DNA of 64,000 bases, taken from Octopus sinensis (Eukaryota). Made by a program: the position numbers and the translations under genes. Of this stretch, positions 12,408 through 26,745 are shown piece after piece. The notes under the pieces are model-generated. The model worked only from the letters and a program-made list of their open reading frames with translations. It was not told where the DNA came from and did no database searches. Position 1 is the stretch's first letter. Every line of letters starts with the position of its first letter. The DNA lies in NCBI RefSeq assembly GCF_006345805.1, contig NC_043006.1, positions 52,638,001 to 52,702,000 on the forward strand, written 5' to 3'.

Positions 12408-12532
12408 TATGTATAAATTAGATACATACATCTATATATATATACATATTTATGTAAACATACACATATACGCATATATAGGTAATATATATGAAAACAT
12501 ATATACATATACATATATGCACACACATTTTC

Positions 12533-12570
<38 letters not shown>

Positions 12571-13176
12571 ATATATATTAAACACACATACATACATACA
12601 TATATATATACACCCACATACACGTATGTCTATGACGTTCATTTATAAATAACACGCAAAATATTCGTTCAACAAACTTCTGTTTGGATACTTGAAAATC
12701 CAAGTATATAAAATTTGGTCATTTGAAAGTTATTTATAAATCCACACAACTTGACGTGGCGCGTGGTGGTTTAGAATTTTACTGATACTAGGTAGAATAT
12801 TCAGCACCGCCCAATAATGTTCACATATTCAAAGCATTCGTGACATAACTCACCTGTGTTTCATCGATCTCTTTGTTTATTTGTCACTTTCTCTTCTTAG
12901 ACTGTCTTTCATCATTGTGTTCTTGTTTATTCTGAAAGTTTTATCTTAGTTTTATTCTGTCATTTATTTGTTGACAGAATCTATTTAATGTATTTAATGA
13001 ACTACAGACATATAGAGTTCATACCACCTGGAATTTTAGTAATTTGAATACAAATATATACAATAAATGCGGTAAGATGGTAGATCAAGTGGTACGCTGT
13101 TGGGAATATCGAAACCAGGCTGCGACGCTATCTTAAATCGCAGTTGAAACTGTTTCATTCTACTAACACTGTAAGT

Positions 13177-13625
13177 TAGTGGTTCTCAAACTTCTTCAAA
13201 CTGTTACTCACTTGGCACTCAGGCCACATTCCTAGCGCCATCTTTCGCCCCACTCACCACCACCACAAACATACGAGTGGGGTGCTGAAAGTTCCTGGCG
13301 GACTAGTTAATTACGATTTTATTCGACATATTGGCCTTTCATGTTTTTGGTAGCAGTCTTTAGATGAGACCTGTAAAAGAACTCGGAAGGTTGGGCCTCC
13401 AATCAGGCGTTTCGTGATACCCTTAAAACCAGAAACGTTTCAACACCCCCTCGAAGACCACTTATTGCAGCAAATTCAAAGCTCTATTTCACAAATAAAG
13501 CTTAACTAAATTAACCCACCCAATATTTTGTTGATTTTTACATCCGTCGCCCCACTTTTGGCCTCCAATATCGCCCCACTTTTGGCCTCCAATATCGCCC
13601 CACTTACCAACCTCGGGAACTACTG
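13177..13625. mobile_element. hAT-type MITE with a nested mariner end (~13272-13450)
   Basis: Termini TAGTGGTTCTCAA / GGGAACTACTG; 8-bp flanks ctgtaagt and atgtaaat (6/8); internal TACGAGTGGGGTGCTGAAAGTTCC resembles a mariner TIR; ~26-bp tandem repeats at 13550-13610. Confidence 0.55.
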
Positions 13626-13702
13626 ATGTAAATCCTTTTCTCCTATAGGCACAAGACTTTAAATTTTGGTGGGAAGGGGTAAGTCGATTACATCGACCCT
13701 AG

Positions 13703-14290
13703 AGCTATATTTGTGGCTGGGTGTATGCTTACATAAGTATATACAAAAGCAAAAGCACAAACGTGTATATATGTGTATATACATAAATTGTGTGAATGAG
13801 TATATAAATATATGTGTGTGGGCATGTATTAGATTTATATGTATAAAAAAAATAATAAATGCGCCCTTTTAAAGCGTAGCCAGGTTCATGGGACCGGTTT
13901 CCCGGTTTCAATGGAGCATCATGATCGTAAGATTGTGGTTTCGATTCCTGGACCGGGCGACGCGTTGTGTTCTTGAGCAAAACACTTCATTTCACATTCC
14001 TCCAGTCCACTCAGCTGGCAAAAATGAGTAACGGTGCGATGGACTGGCGTCCCGTCCAGCTGGGGTACACAAACTTCTTTGAAACCGGGACACCGGGCCC
14101 ATGAGCCTGGCTAGGCTTTAAAAGGGTGCATTTATTATTTATATTTATATATATATAAATGTAATACACGCACACACACATATATTTATATATTCATTCA
14201 CACAATTTACGTATATACACATATATACACGTTTGTGCGTTTGCTTTTGTATATACTTATGTAAGCATACACCCAGCCATAAATATAGCT
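13703..14290. repeat. Local inverted duplication, ~210-bp arms (13703-13911, 14079-14290), around a family C SINE body
   Basis: The arms include the SINE tail and its non-SINE flank. Confidence 0.85.
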
Positions 14291-15676
14291 TTGTATCTTT
14301 ATTCAAAGAAAATCATATTTTCTTTTATTGACATATAAATATTTTATTTATTGATCAGTTTAAGCCGTTATATGACGTTTCCTGTGAGATCGTCATTGCC
14401 GAAATATTCTATTAATTCTTCATATCATCGTAGATAATAGGTGTGTATGTATATATATATAAATATATATCAAATTATAATTTAGGATATCTAAGAGATA
14501 CCACCACGCTGGAAATAGCAGTCAAAACGTGACTCTAAAACCACATTTAATCTTCATATAGCAGCAGGAGAGAAAACAAAGAGACAAAATAAACTAACAA
14601 AAAAATTAATAAATTAATATATATAAATATATGTGTGTGTGTGGTGGTATCTCTTAGATACCCTAAATTATAATTTTAAATGATTATTACCTTTGAAAGG
14701 TTTTTATTCCCATGCTGGCAAACTGTATTTTAAATATCGATATAATGTATATATATATATATTATATATATAATATATATATATATATGTGTGTGTGTGT
14801 GGTGTGTGTGTGTGTGTGTTGTGTGGGTGTGTGTGTCTTTGTATAAATTTAGTTGTACATTAGTTTATTATTAGGTTTATTGGTTTGTCTTTAGTACGCA
14901 ATTTATTAGTGTAATTATTAATTGCCCATTTTTATTATTTATTTTTCAGTCACATAAATCTAACATAACCAGCCTACCATTAAGTTTGACTTATACTGTC
15001 CGTTGTTCTCAATTGTCTTATTTTATGATGGACAAACAACAAAATCAATAACTTAGATCAGCAGATAATATTGTTTTTAGGCATCACACTATGGGAGCAC
15101 TAATGCCTTATTTTTAGCTCTAGCTCAACTCTGATTTAACGTTTGAATCATAACGTATCCCTTATGTAACGTGCGTTTGAAAGAGAATAGGAGATTCTAC
15201 TGCTATTTGTAGTGGCTATTAGTTTGACAAACTAAAGGCACCTTCAATGTCCTGTGAAGTACCATCGGATATACAGCTATTTCTCAAGGCATCAATTGGT
15301 TGTACCGAATAACACTAATTGAAATTATATAATCTTGAGACAGGTATTAAAAACCTAGTTTAGGCTTACATATGAGAATATTATTGCCAAAATACACTTC
15401 CCTGGGAAATATCGCCAAAGTCGAAATACATAGTTTATTTATTTGAGTTTTCCACATATACTTTATTTGTAGTAACTTAATTGCTCACGTTTATCATTTT
15501 CTGACTAATTAGTTTCATCATTTTATTGAGGGTATAAAATTAACTGGGAATTATGGCATAAGAAAATGTATGCGTGTGTGTGAAAAAGTTATTTTCACGA
15601 TCATAGCAAGAGACTTTAGAAGTAGCCAGGGGCTGAATACGAATTCGTTATACAGAAACCTATGTAAGCCCATCTG

Positions 15677-15718
<42 letters not shown>

Positions 15719-16049
15719 ACTTTTTGCGTAATAAGATTAAAAAACCAAGGCTGTATAGGTATTAGAGCATAGTCTTGGTTTTTTATCGTATTACGCAAAA
15801 AATTCTTATATACACACGGTGACATAGAACCAACGTTGAACCTTTTATTCGCAATATTACCGAATCTGGAACTTAACTATGGTCTGTCTATAGCACTTAT
15901 TCAGCACTAGCATTAAAGACCCGTCGTTGCCGGATCATAGTGCTAGTGCATGTATATATGTGTATATATATCTGTACATATTACATGAACATCTATATAT
16001 ATACATCTACACATAAACTACAAAATACAAAGTTATATCTTGATATCGC

Positions 16050-16430
16050 TAGTGATAACAATACTCAAAATATATAACAGACTGGAACTGTTAGCCCGTC
16101 TCTTGTAATTTCGATCAATTGTATCTTGTCCTCCGTCTTGTATAGAAGTGTGGCTACAATCCAGTCTACCTCTACTTCTGGGGGAGGAAGGCATTTAAAT
16201 TTTTTCCAGGACGTCCTACGTCCCAGATATAATGGTAAAAATAAAATATTTCCACTTTGCAAGTTCTAGTCGAGTACTCCCTTACACGCTCCGTTGATCG
16301 AACCTTGCTTCTATTGTGGCGAATTTACCGCCTCTGATTAGATATCTTTCATAGTCGCACCAAGACACTTTTCGAAGGTGCTTTCCTCCATGTGTTCAAA
16401 TCCTCTTTTTTCTCTACATTGTATACTTTA
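16050..16430 (-). mobile_element. Possible L1/Tx1 ORF1 remnant
   Basis: Broken frames containing LPPPEVEVDWIVATLL; tentative recognition only. Confidence 0.3.
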
Positions 16431-16761
16431 TAGACAATAGTCTTTTCTTTAATTTAATTTTTTATTATCCATCTGGACTATTCCATTTCTGCACGCTAAT
16501 TTTATTTTTAATTTATTCCCATTCATGTGAAACCACTTATTCAAGTTCAAATCCTTGATACAATTTTATACCAATTGCTATTTTTACTTTTGTTATGTTA
16601 CGATTATAGTATACTTTAGTTTGATTTTAATTATTACTTACTCCATATAATTCAATTGTTTTAGGGAAACACATAGACAGACAGACAAACAGACACACAT
16701 TCTCAGTTTCATATACATAAAGTTTACCTGACACCTTTAGGTCCCATTGACACCGTTATCT

Positions 16762-16806
<45 letters not shown>

Positions 16807-16928
16807 ATATATATACAAAAAGCAATAAAGATTCAAGTTAATTAAATGAATTTACTTGAATATGGTACCTAACTTAGATGCACCAAAAAAAACTATACTG
16901 TTTTAACAATACAGTAATGTGGGGTGAT

Positions 16929-17160
16929 TATAAGCGAGAAAGAAGCAACAAGAATGGATAGGTTTTTAGTACAATCGTTTCATACAAGGACAGGCTTTAT
17001 TAAAAGTTGCAAAAATTACAGCATATAAACGTGTCCCGTACTCATGAGTACGGGACACGTTTATATGCTGTAATTTTTGCAACTTTTAATAAAGCCTGTC
17101 CTTGTATGAAACGATTGTACTAAAAACCTATCCATTCTTGTTGCTTCTTTCTCGCTTATA
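16929..17160. repeat. Perfect 232-bp palindrome with no spacer
   Basis: 116-bp arms checked base by base; centre GTACTCA|TGAGTAC at 17044/17045. Confidence 0.95.
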
Positions 17161-17214
17161 TATATACATACATGCATGCATATATATATACACATACATA
17201 CATACATACATACA

Positions 17215-17246
<32 letters not shown>

Positions 17247-17449
17247 AACAGAGTGTTCGGACCAAATTTGACAAATTTTATGTCACTATATTCAAAAACA
17301 GCTTAAGGTATTGGGAAGCAGTCAACGCCGTCGGAAAGCATAAAGATTAAAGTTATAGTTGAAAAAATGTTAGCTAACATGGTGAACTGGAAGTCATCTG
17401 AATAATGGAAAAAATTTGACTATATCAGAACGCCGATATCATGGCTGCT

Positions 17450-18000
17450 GTTCCATAAACCAGGAACACTAATAGCTGTACTACGTGAAACTACAAAGGA
17501 GACTACGAAACAGAGACCAGCAGGTGGAGACACAACAGGGTTTCAGACTGCGACCACACGTCAAAATTCATCCTCACATTTTTGAGCAGGGCTTTAGGCT
17601 CAATGCAGACGGCTATGTGAAGCTGATGGAAACTGTAGTCAAGCCCTGGCTGCAGAGCGTTACTGCTAGAAGGGCATATGTGTGGCTTCAGGATTCGGGT
17701 TATTGCCATACTTGTGGAAACAGTCAGAAATGATTGTCGGATAGTTTCTACGACTTCATCATCCACAAATTCTGGTCTCCTAATACCCGCGATTGTAATG
17801 CCATGGATTACTATGTGAGGCGTACTGTTGAGAAAAAAAACAAACAATTGCTTTGTCTGTAACACTAAGGCCAAGCTGGTGACCAAGATCAAGAAGATGT
17901 TCGAAGATCTTCCCGAGGACACATTCAAGAACGCATGCGCTAGGTTCCGGAGCCGTCTTTAGGCTATGATGGAAGCTGAGGGCAGCTACTTTTAGTAAAT
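17450..18000 (+). mobile_element. Tc1/mariner (maT/DD37D-like) transposase C-terminal remnant
   Basis: LNADGYVKLMETVVKPWL...YVWLQDSG...HT...SQKWL...FWSPNTRDCNAMDYYV...NACARFRSRL. A second copy lies at 42900-43310. Confidence 0.8.
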
Positions 18001-20110
18001 TTTAATTTCCCGGCTATAATCTAGTTGTATTTTCTTTGATATTTTGAAATAGTTATTTTTTGATGTGATATTAGTCCGAATAATCTATACATACATACAT
18101 ACATACATACATACATACATACATACATACATACATACATACATACATACATACATGCATACAAACATACACACGTACATACGTGTATACATAAATGCAT
18201 TTATTTGTGTGGTAAGGCTACCAGTGGTTTCATGTTAAGAAAACTATCTTAATATCTTAACAATTTTTCAAGCCGATCACATGAAAAATTGGGATTGTTT
18301 TATATATTTGTTACCGTTCAAATAGTAGCTTAAATTTTATTTTCTTGGCTGTGTCCTTTCTGGTATATTTGATGGCTTGAAAATCTCCTAATGTGTCACT
18401 TAACAAATTAAAATATAGCTCACTAAACACATTTGTGGGTCAGTATATATTTGCTGAAGCAGTGCACACATATATTTTGATTTCTTAAACGCCAAACTAT
18501 TAACCAACATCAGAAATTTCTACAACACCAATGGTGTTAACCTAAAGAAAAAATAAGGAACCAGATCCTTAACACTGATTCAAACAGCTTTTAAATAATG
18601 CATCACCTCCCTTTCATAACATGCGTTATGTTTCATTCCTGCTTAGTATACATAAGGTAAATGACATCATGAGAGTTGATAAAAGGTTCTATCGGAAAGC
18701 GTTCTCTGACTGCAAGAAAGCATTATGTGAAAGGGTGATAGATCTCACACTTATCACTGGGTCTTGCATGGATATGTTTCAGAAAACATCAGAGTGACAG
18801 TAATGTGGTTGACCAAAGATTTTACCCTAGACCAGCACCCGGTGTATTAGCTGTCACTTGGACCGTTATGATTTTCCAACACAAGAAAAGGATGGGGGAG
18901 AAAAATATTGTTTCGTTTTTGCATAATAACAACAAAACATCTAGATAGGGATGCAGGTAAAACAACACCGAAGATATGATTCATATTACCAGCATCAGCT
19001 ATCCGTAACTTTCATGATACTATCTAACTTTGAGGCACAATATAGTGGCCAAACCATTACCCAATACAAGCGGTTGAAAGAATACTCAGTATGTGTTATT
19101 TCCTATTTGCTTCTATCTGGAAACCAAAGGAAATCACTACTATTTCATACAAACTTTGCTTTTGTGTCCTGGAAACACCTATGTTTTGAAACATCTATTT
19201 TCCATTACATTTGAGATAGATTCGGTACTGAGTTGCTGAAGTAGAAATATCGTTAAAACAAATATTCTGCTCAATACTATAGATTTGCTTCTTAGATGCT
19301 TGACCTTAGCCACTTGAGCATATCTCTTAGTGGCCGACAATATGTACATCTCTGATCATGAGCAGGAGTAGTGTGGAAGCATCATGGCTATGTGTTGACA
19401 GGGATTTTGGGGATTTGAATTAGTGTAACACAACCAAAGTGTGAAGGAAATATTAGCCATTTTTCATAATTTCCAGGGATAAGCAAATTGGAAATAACAG
19501 TTGCTACCTTGGGACAAAAATCGTGATACACAGTGTAATTAAATGAAATACAGTTACCTGTACATTTGTGTAAAGTAATACAAATGATAAGAGTTTCCGG
19601 ACCAAGGAAGTCTGGAATGTCACTTGTAACTGTAACATTTACATAGATATAGATGACCTACTTACTCATAATATAGAAGTCTACTCGGAGAATGTTCCAG
19701 TAAAAAGTTCCGCAAAGTGTAGTCATAACAGGGTTAAAAAATGTGCATAATAGTTTAAATTAGAGCCCAGGGAACGTTAACATAATGTTAAGATAACGAT
19801 AAAAGAAAAGAATTATGTCAAACTATTGAGAAAGAAATATGTCGATAGCAGCAACTCTTTCCGAACTACAATTTTAGATCCATATTTGCAGTTATTTGAG
19901 TACTTGATTATGAAAAGAAATCTTATTTCAAAACTAATCTTGGGGAGATGGGCTACAAAAGTCCAGAAACAACATAGCTTTATGAAGCAATTATAATTAA
20001 AAATCACTATTCGGCCAGCGAGAGTGTGTAAGTCAGTTCAGAAGTCAGTAGACACATTTACACATGTGTAGTCATATTGGCATAGGTATACAGACAAGCA
20101 CACACACACA

Positions 20111-20196
<86 letters not shown>

Positions 20197-20389
20197 TTAT
20201 GCATTATTAGAAATGTACGGAACCAAACAAATTAAATGCATGTCTACATACATGACTACACAGCTGATGATGTCAAAGTTCCAATGAAAGGGTTTTAAAT
20301 TTGGGGTTCGAAACGGGCTCTTCGCTATTGGTGAGATAGTTTTTAAAATATACGTAGAAGAAATTACACACTTGGACCGAGTACCGACG

Positions 20390-20700
20390 GGTTTATGACA
20401 TCCCACTTTGAAGGCTACCTCCATGCAATTCCAAAACAAGAGATCTCCATCAAGAATCTACAGCATGAGGTAGAAAATGTTGACAGACAATAAATACAGG
20501 CTATGCAAGACCAAGACTAAAGGCATCGACTACATTATTGCCAGCTGTGAGAGAATGTCTTCCAGATATTATCTTCCCTTGAGGCATGATGCAGTGATCA
20601 AAATTATCATGCATCCATACTTACACACATATATAAATACATAATACATTCATGCATGCATACATATATACATACATACATACATACATACATACATACA

Positions 20701-20731
<31 letters not shown>

Positions 20732-21520
20732 GTGAAACGCTCAGCATACCAAAGAAAGACCATGAATGAGTTATCCGAAAATTTAGAGAAAAAAATTTAA
20801 TTTCGACATGAAGCGAAGCCTCTCTTGGACTTATGACCACTACATCACATCACACTTCGAAGATTATACACTACCAATCCAAGAACAGGAGATTGCTACG
20901 ATATGCCTTATAAACAAAAGGAACTATGAAGCCCTTGGAGCTTCAAGATGCAACCGAAAATGTTGATTATGTCATATTTCTATGGAAGATATCACATGTG
21001 ATGACAGCTACTCAAAAATGTCATCAAGGTAACTTCCTATGCGACAAGTCGTTGTCGCAAAACAAAATACACTACCATTCGAAAAAATAGCTATCCTGGA
21101 ATAAATATAGATACCCCCAGTTATTGAATACATACAAAAAACATCAACACAAGAAGTACTGCTGGAACACTTCCATCACAACATCTGTCAAGTGTAAACA
21201 AAACAGGCGGATATTATTGTTTGGGACAGACAAGAAAAAGTATGTACCGTCAAAGAGGTCAGCTCTCCAGCCGGTGTGAATATCGCTTTGTAATTCAATG
21301 AGAATGAGGATAATTAAGAGAAATTGTTTTTAGTCTTCCAGTTAGTATATCCTGAGTATAAATTCACATTTATACTAATAATAATTGGTGCACTTGGTTT
21401 TGTGAGTAAATTCCTTGACAATCTTGTTAAGCTGGGATTTTCAGAAAAAGAAATCAGCCAACTCGCACATTACACATACAAACTGTAAGTGAAAGAGTAA
21501 AATTATGCAAGACTTTTCTC
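20390..21520 (+). mobile_element. R4/Dong-type RLE LINE 3' remnants (two pieces split by (TACA)n)
   Basis: CCHC knuckle (RLCKTKT..IDYIIASCERMSSRYYLPLRHDAV), then HYITSHFE...IQEQEI and the RLE region DIIVWDRQEK...FTFILIIIGALGFV. Confidence 0.75.
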
Positions 21521-23409
21521 AAAAATTTAAAATGCGAAATTGTTTTTGAAATTGTTTCCAATAATGATGCTTTCTATCTTAGAAATCAGCTCCTTCTTCT
21601 TCAGAAGAATTTAAATAATTAAAATCGGACGACAACATACATACATTAATACACGGCCCCGTTCTAGGAACACTTTGTTCATTATTTTCCGGTACCCTCT
21701 ACAGAAAAGAACACAAAAATGTAATTTAACATCTATGTTAAATTGCATTCGATTGTCTTAAAAGAAAAATTACACATAGCCTAATAGTTATTTACAATGA
21801 AATAATTCATTTTTATAAGTGGACAAACAATAGTATGTAAATATTAGGTTATAAACCCATTCGGATAGAGTTACCTTAATACTATTATCTATATTTATAT
21901 CTACTTAGAGTTTCTCTGATGAAAACAAATTATTTCACGTTCTCTCGAAGTTTCTAACTTTTTATGACATAGACAACATACACTTCTCGCTGATAAGAAC
22001 AAAGCTTATAAAATTGATTGACAAATTCGAAGGATTGTTTTGGTCCAGTTGTGGAATTTGTCATATTTACAGATGTTGGTTCCCGTCCAACTGATAGATT
22101 TCGAAAAGGATTGGTAACCCAATATTTGCATGCTGTTATATATATCTTTATCTACTTTGATTTCCACACATGAAAACGAATTATTTTACGTTCTCTCGAA
22201 CTTAATAACTTTTTATGATGTGAAATCTGTTTAAAGTATTTCAAATCTTTATAGGAGACATGGCAAATTAGACATTTATTTAAAATATAGAACCATTCTT
22301 GCTAAATGGAGAGAAATTTATAGCTGCATAAAACATCATTAGATAACGAACCAATGTAGGGGCCTCTACATAATCGATGGATCTGCTAGAAGTAGATGCC
22401 AAATCTTTTCTATACCCTACTTTATTAAAAATACGGTTGCATCATTGAATCAAAAAGGTTTGTGCATTTTCGACATACTACAAGCTATTTTACAGTTATA
22501 TTAGTCTAAAACTTGACTCACTTTCATACAATTCTTAGAAAGCAATAAAATATAATCTGCTTCACTCTGCAAAATTGGATTATATACAAATTTTTAATTT
22601 GAACCTTTAGAATTCAAGTTCTGTTTCGTGACGTTTTGAGATACAAACTTTGTCGTGTTAGAAAGACTTGAAAACAAACATGAGTGATATTTTTATTATC
22701 TATTTTTGAAATGGAAATTTTGAAAGTTTCCTTGAAATACTAGTACGATTATCAGGGCGAGAGATTCGACCAGTTCACTGGACTGAAAGAATATTATACA
22801 TGGAACATCGGACAAAATGCCTTGTGGCATTTGATTCCGTTCGTTATGTTCTGAGTTCAAACCCCGCCGAAATTAACTTTACCTTTCATAAATAAAGTAT
22901 TGATGTCTCTTTATTGACTACCCATTTTCCCCTTAATATGAACAACTCTATTATAATTGTATTTGTGAAGGCGCGTAGCTTAATAGATAAAAAGTTTAAA
23001 TCACGGCCTAACGACTGTGGTTTCGATTTCTAGACCGGGTGGTGCGTTGTATACTTCATCAAAATTCTTTATTTCATAGGCTTATAGGTCCGGTTACCTA
23101 CATGGACAGGACGCCGGTCCGTCGCAGGTGAGCTGCTGGAGGAGAGAGTGAAGGAAAGTTGTGGCGAAAGAGTCAGCAGAAGTTCGCTATTACCTTGTTC
23201 CGGAGCCGCGTGGAGCTTAGGTGTTTCTCTCATAAACACACACATCACCCGTTCTAAGATTCGAACCCACGATCCCTCGATAGCGAGTCCGCTGATCTAA
23301 CCACTTGGCCATGTGCCTCCATTGATTTATTATTAATGTTGCTTAATATGTTTTGCTAAAATTGCTGGGGTTTTTTTCAGATATCATCAGAAAAAGGTAA
23401 TTAAAATTC

Positions 23410-23735
23410 ATTAAAATGACAGATCTATCGGACTTTCAAACAAGTCAAATTGTTGGTGCTTGTATGGCAGGCGCTAGCGTAACGAAAACAGCCGAAATGT
23501 GTAGTGTATCAAGAAGTAATGTCTTGAAAGTAATGACAGCCTTTGAGAAAGAGGGAAAACCTCCTCGTGTTAGCTGAAGAATGGACAAAAATTCCTTTGG
23601 AAACAAGTCAAACTTTGTACGAGTCCATACCTCGTAGAATTCAAGCTGTTATTACTGCCAAAGGCGGTCCTATCCCATATTAAAATAAATTTATTTGAAA
23701 TTTTAAGGTGGTTCCATTATTTTGTCTAACCCCTC
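23410..23735 (+). mobile_element. Internally deleted Tc1 element
   Basis: MTDLSDFQTSQIVGACMAGASVTKTAEMCSVSRS (HTH), joined to a TAKGG 3' end and an AACCCCT TIR-like end. Confidence 0.7.
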
Positions 23736-24000
23736 TAGTAATGAATATTGTACTTTCCATCGCCTGTATGCCATCGAAACAAGCTAAACGCTGATCTAAT
23801 AAGCTTGTAACAAACTTCAAATCTAAAATATTCATAAAGTCGTAATTTACTTTGTGGGTATTATTTCTCGATGCAAGCATTGAACGACATTAAGATAACT
23901 CGTTATCATGAACCTTATTAGAAAAATCTATTTTCTAAGGGTTATGTATACATATATACATGTTTTGTATTTGATGTATTTACACATATATGTGTATGTT

Positions 24001-24036
<36 letters not shown>

Positions 24037-24144
24037 ATGCGTGTGTGTGTGTGTGTGTATGTGTGTGTGTGTATATACTCTCACACACACGCATACGCAC
24101 ATATATATATATATATATATATACATATATAATATATACATACA

Positions 24145-24259
<115 letters not shown>

Positions 24260-24838
24260 TATGTATATGTATATACGTATATATGTGTACGAATGATGTG
24301 ATTTTAGTCGATAAATTTCCTTCTCTGTACTAAAAATAGTCATGAAAAGACAGTGAAATTCTTTGTTGCAAACGTGCAACTGACTTAACCGGTTCTATTG
24401 AGAATTTATAGAATAAATATTGCTGTTATTAAATTTTTCGGGACATATAGGCGCTAATTGACTACATAAATATTCATGGGAAATATTCCCAACAAGAGAT
24501 CTTAGAGAAACTAGACACTCTTCCTTCCTATTGTCAACTGTCATTGTACTTGATATTAACTGATCTACCGTTATGAGAATGTTCGATTTCCATCTGAAGC
24601 TTCTCGATGACCTATGACTTCAAGTTAGCTGTCATTTAATTGTTTATATTTTCTTCTCTTGAAATGTATCAATATATTCTGACCGTTTGAGAAACTTCCA
24701 CTCGCTTTTATATTTTGGTTTCTCTAGACCGTTTCAACGCTATTGTTTGTTACAATAGTGCGAGATTCCATTGAACTGATTTTGCTATTGTGTTTTCTGT
24801 ACGTATGTATGCATGCATGTACGTATGTTTTTATCTAC

Positions 24839-24912
<74 letters not shown>

Positions 24913-25427
24913 CTTTCTATATACACACACACCTACGTACTTAAATGTTACCTTAATATATCATCAATAGCTGACTGATTTCCCATAGGTATAGTCACGA
25001 ATCGTAGCACCTACAGTAGATTTTTCTGCTTCAGAGGTTTGAGTCCCCAGTTGCTATTGTCCAGGCGTGGGTATCAATGATTAATAAATCTAATGCGAAA
25101 GCACGTGTCGTACGAGTTAGGTCGTTGAACTCACGATCATTATGCCGTAGGTTCGATTCTTCGAGTGGGTGACATATGTTCTTGATTTACGGAACGTTAT
25201 TTCACATTGCTTCGGTCTACTTCGCTAAAACTGTCTACCAACTGAATGCTGCTGTAGTCATCTCTTCCTCACCGGACACATCCTGGCGGTTTCATTGGGT
25301 AAGAGGATCTAGTGGCTGTCTATATCTTCTCGCGATTACATATGCACCTTCTACAATTAGCGAAAGACAATCAGGTCATATTCGCTTGCAAGTGAGGGTT
25401 CAGATTTATTAAGGTTTAATAATATTG

Positions 25428-25822
25428 TGGCTGTGTGGCAAGTAGCTTACTTACTAACCACATGGTTCTGGGTTCAGTCCCACTGCGTGGCACCTTGGGC
25501 AAGTGTCTTCTACTATGTCTCGGGCTGACCAAAGCCTTGTGAGTGAATTTGGTAGACGGAAACTGAAAGAAGCATGTCGTATATATGTATATATATGTAT
25601 GTGTGTATATGTTTGTGTATCTGTGTTTGTACCCCCATCATCGCTTTTAAAACCGATGCTGGTGTGCTTACGTCCCCGTAACTTAGCGGTTCGACAAAAG
25701 ACACCGATAGAATAAGTACTACGCTTCCAAAGAATAAGTCCTGGAGTAGATTTGCTCGACTAAAGGCGGTGCTCCAGCATAGCCACAGTCAAATGACTGA
25801 AACAAGTAAAAGAGTAAAAGAG
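25428..25822 (+). mobile_element. SINE family B, near full length
   Basis: Head through the GTAAAAGA tail repeats. Confidence 0.85.
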
Positions 25823-26334
25823 TATATCTTTGTATCGCAATTGGTATTTGCCGTAACTTCTCGGACCACAACCAACTACAGTATTTGTTTTAGTGTTGTC
25901 TTGGTGATGAACTTCCCTCTTTTCTTTGGACATACTCGTAACGATGCAGCTCCGCTATAACAATCTGTACCATCAAACTATGGAAACGGTATCGGTGTTG
26001 CACCTGACCTTGCTTAGCGACGTTCGCAATCTAAGACAGGTCACGAACGTCATTAGAAACATACAAATATTTTAAACTTGTTTGCGCTATATTTTCTTAT
26101 ATCTCATCTTCTGTGCAACAGGTAGAATAATATTATTCGATACATTTTGTAGTTCACTTGAACCGTACCGCGAATGTTCAATCACCGTTGACTGAAAATT
26201 CACAATGCCGAGTTACTCTTCGTCAAATTGGATTTAATACGTCGTTCGTCCTACCAGACCAATCCCGACGCAAGTCATAATGCACAACCGTCATCATCGA
26301 AAGGAAAACACTGATGAAAGCGAGTTACTTTTCA

Positions 26335-26745
26335 GAGAGCTGTCAGAAACGTTAGCACACCGGGCGAAATGCTTAGCGGTATTTCGTCTGCCGTTACGTT
26401 CTGAGTTCAAATTCTGCCGAGGACGACTTTGCCTTTCATCCTTTCAGGTCGATAAATTAAGTACCACTTACGCACTGGGATCGATGTGATCGACTTAATC
26501 CATTTTTCTGTCCTTGTTTGTCCTCTCTGTGTTTATCCCCTTGTGGCTAGTAAAGAAATAGGTATTTCGTCTGTCGTTACGTTTTGAGTTCAAATTCTGC
26601 CGTTGACGACTTTGCCTTTCATCCTTTTGGGGTCGAGAAATTAAGTACCAGTTGCGTACAGGGGTCGATGTAATCGACTTAATTCATTTGTCTGTCCTTG
26701 TTTGTCCCCTCTATGTTTAGCCCCTTGTGGGCAATAAAGAAATAA
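26335..26745 (+). mobile_element. SINE family A, head plus two tandem ~183-bp bodies
   Basis: GTATTTCGTC restarts at 26379 and 26562. Confidence 0.85.

Noticed and set aside
17085-17125. GAAAC-GATT-GTA inside the perfect palindrome
   Set aside because: No CTGANGA core (TTAATAA at best) and no independent stem I.
20264-20330. CTGATGA...GAAAC
   Set aside because: No stem II closure, no valid NUH site with stem III pairing and no stem I.
26311-26360. CTGATGA followed by GAAAC of a SINE head
   Set aside because: Chance juxtaposition with no stems.
26335-26745. Regularly spaced repeats suggestive of a CRISPR array
   Set aside because: Whole ~184-bp units repeat with no unique spacers; eukaryotic SINE multimers.
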